IMG/VR virus record: IMGVR_UViG_3300045988_012636
Location: 1 to 32,521 of that record
DNA length: 32,521 nucleotides
From: a virus
Strand: one strand, 5' to 3'
A program made the translations under genes and the position numbers. The number at the start of each line of letters is the position of its first letter. Position 1 is the stretch's first letter. This document shows positions 1 to 6,791 of the stretch, one piece after another. The notes beneath the pieces were generated by a model, which saw only the letters and a program-made list of their open reading frames with translations, ran no database searches and was not told the DNA's origin.

Positions 1-55
1 GGCGCATTCCACATACTTGATCGTCTTGCTCATTCGCTTACCGCCTTCCGCGCCA
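1..55. repeat. Terminal overlap copy 1, identical to 32467-32521
   Basis: Hand alignment of ggcgcattccacatacttgatcgtcttgctcattcgcttaccgccttccgcgcca at both ends shows 55/55 identity. This length is typical of a de Bruijn k-mer overlap on a circular contig. Confidence 0.9.
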
Positions 56-344
56 GTGTGAGTAGTTCCTTGGCTTGTCGGATATATCCCTCATGGAAGC
101 CGGGAATCCCACTGGCATAATTCCATGCGTCATCCTCGTCTTTCGCCGCGTAGCTATCGACGCCATCCCATTCGCAGCTATCCCAGCAGAGCCGTTTCGC
201 CACGGCCTCAATCTCAACAGCGGTTGGTGGAGCGGAACGTCCGGCCATGTACGCTGTACTGGCAAGTTCACGAACCGTCTGGGAAGTCAAATCATCATCC
301 ATGCCGCGCTCGTAAGCGTCGGCCTCGTCAAGCAGAATGCTCAT
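30..344 (-). CDS. Hypothetical protein (104 aa)
   Basis: ORF with a GAGGA RBS upstream of the ATG at 344. Its TGA (32-30) overlaps the ATG (33-31) of the downstream zinc-ribbon gene as ATGA. The product is acidic. Confidence 0.6.
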   Translation of the reverse strand: MSILLDEADAYERGMDDDLTSQTVRELASTAYMAGRSAPPTAVEIEAVAKRLCWDSCEWDGVDSYAAKDEDDAWNYASGIPGFHEGYIRQAKELLTLARKAVSE

Positions 345-358
345 TTCGTGTCCTCGCT

Positions 359-706
359 TTACTTTTTCTCATGGCCTCGCTCTACTCTCACACCGTCGAA
401 TGGCTTAATGAAAGTTAATGGGAATATTTGCGTGCAAGAGGTGGCTTCGCTAACCAGCGAGTCCCACGTGGAATGCCACATGTCAACCCTGCATAAATCG
501 GCATTGCCCGTTCTCTTTATGATTATCCACATCCACTCGAACGGGTCGGTATGCGCTAACAGGTTCCCTCGAACGTCGAGGTAGATTCCAAGCCGTTCAG
601 GTTCGCACGACATCAGCTCTTGCCTTTGCCTGATATATTCGTTCCGGGCGGATTTCACCTTGTCAACAAAATCGGTGATGCTGTCGTCTTCAACATTTCT
701 GTTCAT
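359..706 (-). CDS. Hypothetical protein (115 aa)
   Basis: ORF whose ATG (706-704) overlaps the upstream TGA (705-703) as ATGA, indicating translational coupling. Confidence 0.6.
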   Translation of the reverse strand: MNRNVEDDSITDFVDKVKSARNEYIRQRQELMSCEPERLGIYLDVRGNLLAHTDPFEWMWIIIKRTGNADLCRVDMWHSTWDSLVSEATSCTQIFPLTFIKPFDGVRVERGHEKK

Positions 707-948
707 TTCGTATCCTCTCTTTGATTCTGCACATCGGACGGCATGGAGTCGGAATAGCCGAGCAAGGAACGGCAGTGGTCGGCCGTCTGTTCGTATGCGC
801 TGATTTGTCCCTGCATGACACCGTATGCGGCCATGTCATGCTGCATCAGAAGGGCGCTCGCCAATCTCAGCCCATTCGCTTCCATCTGTTCGCACCAGTC
901 GATGATCTCGTTGAGCGTTTTGTCTTTCTCGGTGACGTTTACTGCCAT
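703..948 (-). CDS. Hypothetical protein (81 aa, MAVNVTEKDK...)
   Basis: The internal ATG at 948 overlaps the SSB stop as TAATG. The longer 155-aa form (to 1170) would run through the ssb gene and has an R/H/P-rich N-terminus that does not look coding. Confidence 0.55.
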   Translation of the reverse strand: MAVNVTEKDKTLNEIIDWCEQMEANGLRLASALLMQHDMAAYGVMQGQISAYEQTADHCRSLLGYSDSMPSDVQNQREDTK

Positions 949-1403
949 TACCACACGTTCCATTCGTTGTCGGTCTGGTTGGATGAGTCGGTCGGGGCGA
1001 ACGTGTCGGTTCCCGGCCACTGGTTGCCGGACTGCTGGTCTTGCTGAGGCTGCTGGGTTTTCGCCTTGAGCATGGCGAGACTGATGGTCGCGTGTTCGAT
1101 GATGAAGTCGGTGCGAGGCTGGCCTTGGTTGTCGGTGCCGGTCTTCCATTTCAGGACGCCATCGACACATACCGGTGTGCCCTTGCGCAACATGCGTTCG
1201 TAGGTTTCCGCCAGTCTCATGTCATATTCGAAGATGGTCGCCCACATGGTGTCGTGGTCCACCCATTGCTTCGTGTTCTTGTCCATGTGTCCGCCTGTGG
1301 CTGCGACTCGGATAAGCATGTAAGGGGTGCCGTTGCGGGCTTGTTTGCGTTCGGGGTCTGCTGCCAAGCGTGCGAGCGGTAGCGTGATTCTTGGATCATT
1401 CAT
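948..1403 (-). CDS. ssb: Single-stranded DNA-binding protein (OB fold)
   Basis: SSB-like OB-fold pattern: ...GTPYMLIRVAAT...TMWATIFEYDMRLAETYERMLRKGTPVCVDGVLKWKT...RTDFIIEHATI. It is followed by a Q/P/G-rich linker and a short C-terminal tip. An AGGAGA RBS precedes the start. Confidence 0.8.
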   Translation of the reverse strand: MNDPRITLPLARLAADPERKQARNGTPYMLIRVAATGGHMDKNTKQWVDHDTMWATIFEYDMRLAETYERMLRKGTPVCVDGVLKWKTGTDNQGQPRTDFIIEHATISLAMLKAKTQQPQQDQQSGNQWPGTDTFAPTDSSNQTDNEWNVW

Positions 1404-1578
1404 CGTTGATTGTTTCTCCTACGGGTAGTGGTGTGATGTCGGGGTTGAAGTAGTAGCGGTGGCCTACCTTGATGTACGGCAGTCGTTTCTCACGGCAGTA
1501 TCTACGGACGGTCTGGATGTTGAGGTGCCAGCGTTCCGCGTACTGCTCCACCGTTGAGGTGTAGTCTTTAGCGTTCAT
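1396..1578 (-). CDS. Excisionase-like / MerR-superfamily helix-turn-helix protein (60 aa)
   Basis: MNAKDYTSTVEQYAERWHLNIQTVRRYCREKRLPYIKVGHRYYF matches the Xis-type HTH pattern. It is the first gene leftward of the divergent switch. There is no SD upstream of the ATG at 1578, so it may have a short leader or be leaderless. Confidence 0.7.
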   Translation of the reverse strand: MNAKDYTSTVEQYAERWHLNIQTVRRYCREKRLPYIKVGHRYYFNPDITPLPVGETINDE

Positions 1579-1737
1579 AATTAAAATATACATTATATTG
1601 TTCTCGATTGCAAGTGGTGTCGTCGTAATATACAATAAATATGTACGCGCCAATAACGTGCAAATAAAAATCAAAGACAGTCAGAATAAAGTAAGCGCCT
1701 CCCCCGAGAGAATGGAAAGAGAGGCGCTAACAGAAAA
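1579..1737. promoter_or_regulatory. AT-rich divergent control region between the leftward and rightward transcription units
   Basis: AT-rich by eye. AATATACA occurs as a direct repeat at 1585-1592 and 1627-1634, with a variant AATATGTA at 1639-1646. A palindrome AATATA-CAT-TATATT lies at 1585-1599 and a self-complementary TTGCAA at 1608-1613. A GC-rich hairpin AGCGCCTC/GAGGCGCT lies at 1694-1728 in the rightward leader. Confidence 0.6.
1608..1636 (+). promoter_or_regulatory. Candidate rightward sigma70-type promoter
   Basis: -35 TTGCAA (1608-1613), 17-nt spacer, -10 TACAAT (1631-1636). The -10 lies inside the second AATATACA repeat. Confidence 0.5.
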
Positions 1738-1746
1738 GTGGAAAAT

Positions 1747-2613
1747 ATGTCCGATACGAGTATACCACAGAACTCGGGGTTTTCGATGCTGCCGAATTGG
1801 GCGGTGGATGATGACCGGTTGGGCGGCTACGACCTGCTGGTGTACATGGCGCTGATACGTCACGCCGACAACACCGGCGTATGTTGGCCGAGCTTGGAAC
1901 GGCTGGCGAAGATCGCGCGTTGCTCACAACCCACGGTATCTAAGAGCCTCAACGTGCTTGAGCAATTGGGGTACATTCGACGGGTCAAGTCAGATGGCAG
2001 GGCCAACCGGTATCACGTTTCGTTGTGGAAGCCGACCCCAAAACAGGGTTATGACCCTGCACTAACCCCAAAACCTGCTTTTGACCCCTCAAAACGTGCT
2101 TTTGACCTACCCCAAAACGAGGTTTTGACGAACAATATACAAGAGAACAAAACCCAAGAACAATACTCGCGCGGCGAAGAAAAAATAACAGTCGCCTGCC
2201 ATTCATGTGACACTCTCAAGGCGCTCATGGGATTGTGGCCGAAGAAATGCAGGGTGTCCAACGAATTCATTCAGTGCTTCAATCAGGCATTCGATGAGGT
2301 CGGTGCCAACTCGCTTATGAGAGCGGCGAAACGCTTCGTGGAATCGTGCGAGGGTACGCCATTGCAGTACGTGCGGACTCTTCCCGTATGGCTGGCCAAC
2401 CCGATTAATTGGAGGGTTCAGAAGCGGGAGCAGCGCAGCGAAGCGCAGTTGTCGAATTGGATAGCTAGGAGGCTTCCCGATTCCATGTCCTCTGACGTGG
2501 AGACGGTTCTACGGGCGAGGCGTGCGTATTGGGGTGCCACCGGTGGTGTGAATGCTCTGGAGCGTGAGTTCTTTCCCGACGTTGAGAATGGTGGCAAGTT
2601 GCAACAGAACTAA
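1747..2613 (+). CDS. Winged-helix replication initiator-like protein (lambda O / DnaD-like organisation)
   Basis: The N-terminus, LVYMALIRHADNTGVCWPSLERLAKIARCSQPTVSKSLNVLEQLGYIRR, is a wHTH. A low-complexity linker is encoded by the iterons, followed by a C-terminal domain. An alternative GTG start lies at 1738. Confidence 0.65.
   Translation: MSDTSIPQNSGFSMLPNWAVDDDRLGGYDLLVYMALIRHADNTGVCWPSLERLAKIARCSQPTVSKSLNVLEQLGYIRRVKSDGRANRYHVSLWKPTPKQGYDPALTPKPAFDPSKRAFDLPQNEVLTNNIQENKTQEQYSRGEEKITVACHSCDTLKALMGLWPKKCRVSNEFIQCFNQAFDEVGANSLMRAAKRFVESCEGTPLQYVRTLPVWLANPINWRVQKREQRSEAQLSNWIARRLPDSMSSDVETVLRARRAYWGATGGVNALEREFFPDVENGGKLQQN
2036..2195. repeat. Putative origin of replication: four 21-bp iterons plus an adjacent AT-rich tract, inside the initiator gene
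   Basis: Iterons CCCCAAAAC-NNG-NTTTTGACC lie at 2036-2056, 2066-2086, 2087-2107 and 2110-2130. Each has an internal CAAAAC/(G/C)TTTTG dyad. An A-rich tract follows at 2131-2195 (aacaatatacaagagaacaaaacccaagaacaatac...gaagaaaaaataaca). Confidence 0.6.
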
Positions 2614-2653
2614 CATTGTGCTATAATGGATATATCAAGCAATAAGGCTTGAT
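2599..2653 (+). promoter_or_regulatory. Promoter P1 (extended -10) with leader hairpin
   Basis: -35 TTGCAA (2599-2604), 17-nt spacer, TGc-TATAAT (2622-2627), conserved ATATATCA (2630-2637). Hairpin ATCAAGC/GCTTGAT at 2634-2653, then an AAGGAGG RBS. Confidence 0.7.
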
Positions 2654-2674
2654 CTATTCCATAAGGAGGAAACA

Positions 2675-3064
2675 ATGAACGAGACAGACATCCAGACCAT
2701 CCGAGGCGGCATCCAGCACGTCATCCACCTCGCCAAAGACCACTGGACTCAGAAACCTAAGACTTCCGGCTTCTACTACCATCACGAACTCTACGGGTAC
2801 ATCCCAGTCTCCAAGATATCCAAGCTGATTCGGGACGATTGGAACGAGACCTACATGAACTGGGAGGAATACGCTTGGGTCTGCTATGAGAATCGGTGGC
2901 TGACTATCGAACAGATGGCCGAAAAGATGCTGGAATGCGGAAGCTACTCCGGATTCACGGAAGCGCTGTACAAAACAGTCAAGATGAAGTACGGAACCGA
3001 ATCGCATCACACTGTCGACAAAGTCTTCATCGACGTTGACGGCACCGAATATCGCACCATCTGA
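2675..3064 (+). CDS. Hypothetical protein (129 aa)
   Basis: ORF with an AAGGAGG RBS 6 nt upstream. It is the first gene after P1. Confidence 0.7.
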   Translation: MNETDIQTIRGGIQHVIHLAKDHWTQKPKTSGFYYHHELYGYIPVSKISKLIRDDWNETYMNWEEYAWVCYENRWLTIEQMAEKMLECGSYSGFTEALYKTVKMKYGTESHHTVDKVFIDVDGTEYRTI

Positions 3065-3084
3065 CATAGCAAAGGAGTATCGAA

Positions 3085-3444
3085 ATGCGTGATGAAAACA
3101 CTTTCGCAACGGCATACCGTTCCGACTTGCGGGATGAAATTGTTGAAACACTTAAGGATTATGCGGACGGCATTACGCCAACCTACCAATGGTGCTGAGA
3201 CCAGTATGACGACGTTGAACTTCCCGTTACCGGCAACGATAACGGTTCTTGGACGTGCAACGCCAGCAAGAGTTCCGAGAACCTGCAAAACGTCATGTTC
3301 TCAGATGACTGGGACGGGTTCGTCGCCAGCGATTACGCTTACGACGCACCCCTTAATAATCCTGAAAAACTTGAGGTTTTCTACCGCACTTGGCTGTTCT
3401 CCGAAGAGTTTGACAATGCGGTTTCCGAACTGCTTGCAGAGTGA
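3085..3444 (+). CDS. Acidic hypothetical protein interrupted by one in-frame TGA (codon 38, 3196-3198)
   Basis: AAAGGAG RBS 7 nt before the ATG at 3085. The frame-1 translation MRDENTFATAYRSDLRDEIVETLKDYADGITPTYQWC*DQYDDVELPVTGNDNGSWTCNASK...FDNAVSELLAE looks like protein on both sides of the stop. The alternative 120-aa frame (3089-3451) is R/T/S/P-rich and does not. Confidence 0.55.
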
Positions 3445-3488
3445 GGCGTGAGGGGAACGTAAGTAGTCTCCCTACATTCCGGGCTTTC

Positions 3489-3513
3489 GGGCGTGAGCCT
3501 ACCAATCACGCCC
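3489..3513 (+). other. Intergenic GC-rich hairpin (8-bp stem, no U-tract)
   Basis: GGGCGTGA (3489-3496) pairs with TCACGCCC (3506-3513) across a 9-nt loop. Confidence 0.45.
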
Positions 3514-3550
3514 ATCAATCAACATCGATCATCAAGGAAAGGAAAACATC

Positions 3551-3835
3551 ATGGTGGTATTAATAGACAACAACAAGGCAGTGGAAATCAGCATCCGAGA
3601 ATGGGATGAGGAGAACCCGGGATACGGCCCCGACTGGTCGGCAGACTTCTTCGAGGTCGGCGGGCTGGAGACCGTTGACGATCCAGATTTTGCCTACATT
3701 GTGGAGGACGTCGATTACTGCATCGAACAGGCGAACGATATGGTGGCCGGTGTGGGAGACTTTGCGGGAGACCCGCAGCCGAATCAGGTTGTTGACGTGA
3801 CGGAACTCGACCGGAGCGCATACCCGAAGCTGTGA
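3551..3835 (+). CDS. Strongly acidic hypothetical protein (94 aa)
   Basis: ORF with a GGAAAGGAAAA RBS. By hand count it has about 23 D/E residues against about 4 K/R. Confidence 0.7.
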   Translation: MVVLIDNNKAVEISIREWDEENPGYGPDWSADFFEVGGLETVDDPDFAYIVEDVDYCIEQANDMVAGVGDFAGDPQPNQVVDVTELDRSAYPKL

Positions 3836-3894
3836 CCGCCTAAAACGCAGAAAAGCCCATCACCCAAGCAATGATGAGAAATACAGACATCAGT

Positions 3895-3948
3895 TTGTAA
3901 TATCACACAACATGTGCTATAATGGATATATCAGGCAAACAGCCTGAT
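3895..3948 (+). promoter_or_regulatory. Promoter P2 (extended -10) with leader hairpin; near-duplicate of P1
   Basis: -35 TTGTAA (3895-3900), 17-nt spacer, TGc-TATAAT (3918-3923), ATATATCA (3926-3933). Hairpin ATCAGGC/GCCTGAT at 3930-3948. The 21-nt block tgtgctataatggatatatca is identical to P1. Confidence 0.7.
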
Positions 3949-3971
3949 CTTATACCCCAAGGAGGTCCACA

Positions 3972-4433
3972 ATGAACAACAATCTGAAGCCCATCGACCA
4001 ACTGCTCGACAACTGGAAAGCCAACATCATCGAACAAGTCCCAGCCCTCTACAAGCAGTACAAGGAAAAGCGTGGAGCCATCTGGCACGATCCCGAGCTC
4101 GACAGCTATGGCAAGCTTGAGGCTCAGGCCAACCTTAAAAGCGCCTATGGCAAGATAGTCGTAGAACATGGATACGACTCCGTTTACGACCCCGTAAAGT
4201 TCGCCACGTTCCTCGACAAGGAAGCCGCCTGCAAGAAGGCCGACATCATCGACCGTTGCAACGCCAAAGCCGGAGGCATAGATGAAGTCGAGTGGACCTA
4301 CATCGGCCCCGATGGAAGAATCAACGGCATCATCTCCGGACCCAAAGGCCGCTTCTCGATCAAGAGCATTTTCGCGGGAGGATACAACATCCAGTGCCTC
4401 CATGTGAGGGTCCTAGTCCACAAACTCAAGTAA
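3972..4433 (+). CDS. Hypothetical protein (153 aa)
   Basis: ORF with an AAGGAGG RBS. It is the first gene after P2. Confidence 0.7.
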   Translation: MNNNLKPIDQLLDNWKANIIEQVPALYKQYKEKRGAIWHDPELDSYGKLEAQANLKSAYGKIVVEHGYDSVYDPVKFATFLDKEAACKKADIIDRCNAKAGGIDEVEWTYIGPDGRINGIISGPKGRFSIKSIFAGGYNIQCLHVRVLVHKLK

Positions 4434-4441
4434 TCACACTC

Positions 4442-4466
4442 GCCTCGCGGCCAGCAGCCGCGAGGC
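4442..4466 (+). terminator. GC-rich hairpin (10-bp perfect stem) downstream of 3972-4433; possible U-tail-less terminator or attenuator
   Basis: GCCTCGCGGC (4442-4451) pairs with GCCGCGAGGC (4457-4466) across loop CAGCA. No T-run follows. Confidence 0.45.
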
Positions 4467-4505
4467 ACCTTATATATCATCACACTATCAGAAAGGAACA
4501 TTGAG

Positions 4506-5099
4506 ATGGCAACCAACAACCTCAGCAACAAGTTCATGAAAGTCCTCAACGAAGTCCCCAACTTCGTCACCGACGAAACCGCACAGGCAGGCAACCGGAC
4601 TTACAAGTACCTCAACCTCGCCACAATCCTCAAAACCATCAAACCCGTTTTCGAGAAGCACGGGCTTGCATTCAGCCAGCGCGTCACGTTCGACAACACG
4701 GGAGAAGCGCGGCAGGTCATCGGAACAGTGGAAACCATCATCTTCGACGATGAAGAACAGATGGTGGCCTGCTCCTACCCGTTCTTCGTGACCGGCGACC
4801 CCCAGCAGGTCGGCAGCGCGATCACCTACGCACGCCGCTATAGTCTCTACGCGGTGTTGGGCATCTTCCCAGATAAGGACGACGACGGCGCGTATGCGAA
4901 ACAGCGTTACGATACTGCCGACCGTACCATCAGCGCCGAACAGTACGCCGAGCTGGTCAAGGCGATGGACGCACACACCATACCGTCCGAGGCGCGCGGC
5001 GAGTTCATCAACGGCACTCTGAACCGTCAGGTCAGGGGATGGCGTGGACTCACCCAAACCGATTTCCGGAATCTGATGAACGCCATCAACCGAATGTGA
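4506..5099 (+). CDS. erf: ERF-family single-strand annealing protein
   Basis: Carries the ERF signature ...GDPQQVGSAITYARRYSLYAVLGI... and lies upstream of the YqaJ exonuclease gene. Confidence 0.85.
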   Translation: MATNNLSNKFMKVLNEVPNFVTDETAQAGNRTYKYLNLATILKTIKPVFEKHGLAFSQRVTFDNTGEARQVIGTVETIIFDDEEQMVACSYPFFVTGDPQQVGSAITYARRYSLYAVLGIFPDKDDDGAYAKQRYDTADRTISAEQYAELVKAMDAHTIPSEARGEFINGTLNRQVRGWRGLTQTDFRNLMNAINRM

Positions 5100-5127
5100 A
5101 TTGAACCAATCAATTGGAGGCTCTGAA

Positions 5128-5352
5128 ATGAATCAACAGAAGAACAACCACGACAGCAAACCCGAAGCAACGAAGCCGAACTACACGCTCCGCCGTCTGA
5201 AGTTCGCAGCCGCCATCATCGGATTCGTGAGCAGCATGACCCTGCTGTTCACGTGGAGGACGGCGGACTCGCAGACGGCGACCGTCCTTGTGAGCGTCAT
5301 CTACATTCTGACCGGCCTATGGCTGATCGTGCGGTTCGCGCCACGCGACTAA
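5128..5352 (+). CDS. Small membrane protein (two predicted TM helices)
   Basis: GGAGG RBS before the ATG at 5128. Hydrophobic segments: AAAIIGFVSSMTLLF and VLVSVIYILTGLWLIV. Confidence 0.6.
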   Translation: MNQQKNNHDSKPEATKPNYTLRRLKFAAAIIGFVSSMTLLFTWRTADSQTATVLVSVIYILTGLWLIVRFAPRD

Positions 5353-5511
5353 AAGACTTCCCGCCAGCCGACAGTCCAACAAAACAAACCAATTGGGACG
5401 TTTTCGCGGACATCCACGTTCACCAGTCAGCTGGTGGGGACACATAACTGAATATCGACAAACAACAAATCCGCCACGGCGTTTACATACACAAATTCTG
5501 TCGTGACATTC

Positions 5512-5541
5512 GGTTGGGCGGGACTCGTCACCCGCCCAACC
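5512..5541 (+). other. Strong hairpin (11-bp perfect stem) 22 nt upstream of the exonuclease start
   Basis: GGTTGGGCGGG (5512-5522) pairs with CCCGCCCAACC (5531-5541). It sits within a 210-nt intergenic gap and has no U-tract. Confidence 0.5.
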
Positions 5542-5562
5542 CAAACCAAAAGGACAACCACA

Positions 5563-6471
5563 ATGAAGATCATCAATGTATCGCAAGCCACCGAAACCGA
5601 AGCATGGCTCAACGAACGCATGGGCCGTATCACCGGCACCAAAAGCGGCGGACTCGCATTGGAACACTACACCCAGACCGACGTGAACAAACTCGTGGAA
5701 TACCGAGACAAAGCGTTGGAACAGGCAAAGAAAGCGAAGACGCCCGACAAAGCCAACGAGTATTACAGCAAAGCTCAGAGCTACGATATCAAGATTACCG
5801 AAGCCGAAGCCAAGAACAAGCGGCTGAAAGTCGGCGTTGACTTCTGGAAATTCCTAGCGGAACTGTGGGCCGAACCAGCGGACGGTGAACCGCCGATGGA
5901 ACGCGGCCACCGTCTCGAACCCGAGAACATCCAGATCACACTCAAAACGCTCGGCTTCAACCCCGGCGATTGCGTCACCGACTGCGGTATCTGGGAGAGT
6001 GACGACGACGACCGTATCGCTTGCAGTCCAGACGCCTACGAGAACACTGAGAAGCCGACGTGGGCCATCGAATGCAAGTCGCTCGGCTCCGCCTACCATT
6101 CGCAGACCGTCGTACCGTGGATGATGCACACCGACGCCATGCGATCCCATATCGCCAACCTCAAGCCTGAACTGGTCGAAGCCATCGAACAGGTGTTGCC
6201 CGAGTACACGCTCGACAGCAAGGCTACCGGCTTCGACTTCATCCCCGACCAGTACAAGGCTCAGGTACTCCAATACTTCGTAGTATGCGATTCACTGGAA
6301 GTCCTGTATTTCTCGATGTTCGACCCGCGCGTTGTCGGAGAGGCAAGCCATCAGGTCATTCCCGTGTACCGTAAGGACATCACCGAACAGATCGCTGAGC
6401 ATAAGCGTCGCCAGTTGGCAACGCTCCATATCTCCGATGTGCTGGCCGACGCTCTGGGGGTGACGTTCTGA
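5563..6471 (+). CDS. YqaJ-like (lambda-exonuclease-type, PD-(D/E)XK) recombination exonuclease
   Basis: The N-terminal motif EAWLNERMGRITGTKSG and the ...ACSPDAY...WAIECKS... block match the YqaJ viral recombinase pattern. It is paired with Erf. Confidence 0.8.
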   Translation: MKIINVSQATETEAWLNERMGRITGTKSGGLALEHYTQTDVNKLVEYRDKALEQAKKAKTPDKANEYYSKAQSYDIKITEAEAKNKRLKVGVDFWKFLAELWAEPADGEPPMERGHRLEPENIQITLKTLGFNPGDCVTDCGIWESDDDDRIACSPDAYENTEKPTWAIECKSLGSAYHSQTVVPWMMHTDAMRSHIANLKPELVEAIEQVLPEYTLDSKATGFDFIPDQYKAQVLQYFVVCDSLEVLYFSMFDPRVVGEASHQVIPVYRKDITEQIAEHKRRQLATLHISDVLADALGVTF

Positions 6472-6791
6472 TGAAAACCGCAACGATTCTTGAAAGCCAT
6501 GACATGTTCGCCTTGTTCGACGGATGCCCCACGTGCAACTGGCAGGACGCCGGTTATCTGGTGGGGTGCCGCGTATACGCCCAAAAGATTGGGCGTAGGC
6601 TCCGTGTCGTGCCGTCTGGGAGTCCCACCGCAAGAGCGATACGCGCCATAGCCAAAGACCAAGGAGTAACCGTGCGTTATCCGATGATCTTGCTGGACGG
6701 ATTGATCTACCTCACGCCGAAAGACATCAGCCTAGCCGATTATGTGGCGGACGATGAAACCGAAGAAAAGGAGGCTGCTGATGAAGCTTGA
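6471..6791 (+). CDS. Glutaredoxin/NrdH-like thioredoxin-fold protein (putative)
   Basis: FALFDGCPTC redox motif plus ...VRYPMILLDGLIY..., resembling a cis-Pro beta3 segment. Its ATG overlaps the upstream TGA. Confidence 0.45.
   Translation: MKTATILESHDMFALFDGCPTCNWQDAGYLVGCRVYAQKIGRRLRVVPSGSPTARAIRAIAKDQGVTVRYPMILLDGLIYLTPKDISLADYVADDETEEKEAADEA

Noticed and set aside
703-1170. Long N-terminal extensions of several minus-strand ORFs: 703-1170, 11352-12314, 13673-14560, 30045-30506 and 30200-30913
   Set aside because: The extensions overlap the preceding gene and are R/H/P/T-rich. In each case an internal ATG with a good RBS or an ATGA/TAATG coupling to the upstream stop gives a sensible protein.
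3196-3198. Genome-wide TGA (or TAA) stop-codon reassignment, or selenocysteine
   Set aside because: TGA and TAA end many genes exactly at coupled start/stop overlaps, for example 6469-6473, 24249-24252, 30200-30203 and 948-950. Global recoding therefore does not fit. No convincing SECIS-like hairpin was seen right after 3198, and Sec use by such a phage gene would be exceptional.
3089-3451. 120-aa frame-2 ORF as the gene in this interval
   Set aside because: Its composition (R/T/S/P/L-rich, basic) is unlike every neighbouring product. Frame 1 has the RBS-ATG and a protein-like translation on both sides of a single TGA.
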